The notes beneath the pieces were generated by a model. That model was not told where the DNA came from and made no database searches. It worked only from the letters and a program-made list of their open reading frames with translations. Both the position numbers and the translations under genes were made by a program. Of a DNA stretch of 64,000 bases, positions 63,685 through 64,000 are shown piece by piece. Position 1 is the stretch's first letter. Each line of letters begins with the position of its first letter. Source of the DNA: an uncultured Chloroflexia bacterium (GTDB lineage Bacteria; Chloroflexota; Limnocylindria; QHBO01); contig CAWGTN010000001.1 in the NCBI GenBank assembly GCA_963825525.1, positions 128,001 through 192,000 on the forward strand. The letters run 5' to 3'.

Positions 63685-64000
63685 ATGTGCGGCATCGTCG
63701 GGTACGTCGGGCCGCGTGATGCGGCGCCCATCCTGCTCGACGGCCTGCGCAGGCTCGAGTATCGGGGCTACGACTCCGCGGGCATCGCGCTCATCACCGA
63801 GTCGGGCGAGGTCTTCATCGAGAAGAAGGCGGGCAAGCTCACCAACCTGACCGATCACCTCAACGGTGACGCTCCGGCCGGGCACCCGGGCATCGCCCAT
63901 ACCCGATGGGCAACGCACGGGCGTCCGAACGACCTCAATGCGCATCCGCACACCGATTGCAGCGGCAAGCTCGCCCTCATTCACAACGGCATCATCGAGA
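63685..64000 (+). CDS. glmS: glutamine--fructose-6-phosphate aminotransferase (3'-truncated by window edge)
   Basis: [31 protein letters not shown]; GAGGAG RBS. Confidence 0.97.
   Translation, partial: MCGIVGYVGPRDAAPILLDGLRRLEYRGYDSAGIALITESGEVFIEKKAGKLTNLTDHLNGDAPAGHPGIAHTRWATHGRPNDLNAHPHTDCSGKLALIHNGIIE

Overview
High-GC bacterial chromosome segment, almost certainly Chloroflexota: the 16S carries the phylum-diagnostic stretches AGCGGAGCGTGTGGTTT and CTACACACACGCTACAATGG and a shortened helix around E. coli 1123-1147. Limnocylindria/Ellin6529 is only a guess from GC content. The window is the core information-processing region: dnaX-ybaB-recR, an rRNA locus, a LysM protein, fpg/nei, rpsA, clpC-radA-PIN/TRAM-ispDF-rlmB, a tRNA cluster, rpmG-secE-nusG-rplKAJL, an inverted ECF sigma/anti-sigma pair, rpoBC, the str-S10-spc-alpha clusters, truA-rplM-rpsI, and cdaA-cdaR-glmM-glmS (partial). 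The most unusual feature is an 'exploded' rRNA operon. The canonical order 16S-tRNA-Ile-tRNA-Ala-23S-5S is kept, but the ~3.1 kb spacer holds four protein genes (two small antisense membrane proteins, a CofE/F420-ligase-like gene and purU). The 16S, tRNA-Ile, tRNA-Ala and 23S-5S each have their own sigma70-like promoter, and the 16S has its own downstream hairpin. Other leads are several unexplained structured intergenic RNAs, an Actinobacteria-like 23S domain III insertion, an atypical tRNA-Tyr, and long low-complexity tails on many ribosomal and RNAP proteins. About two dozen +1 single-base insertions break essential genes and are best explained as long-read errors. No CRISPR array, transposase or phage gene is visible. 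All calls are by eye, without database searches.
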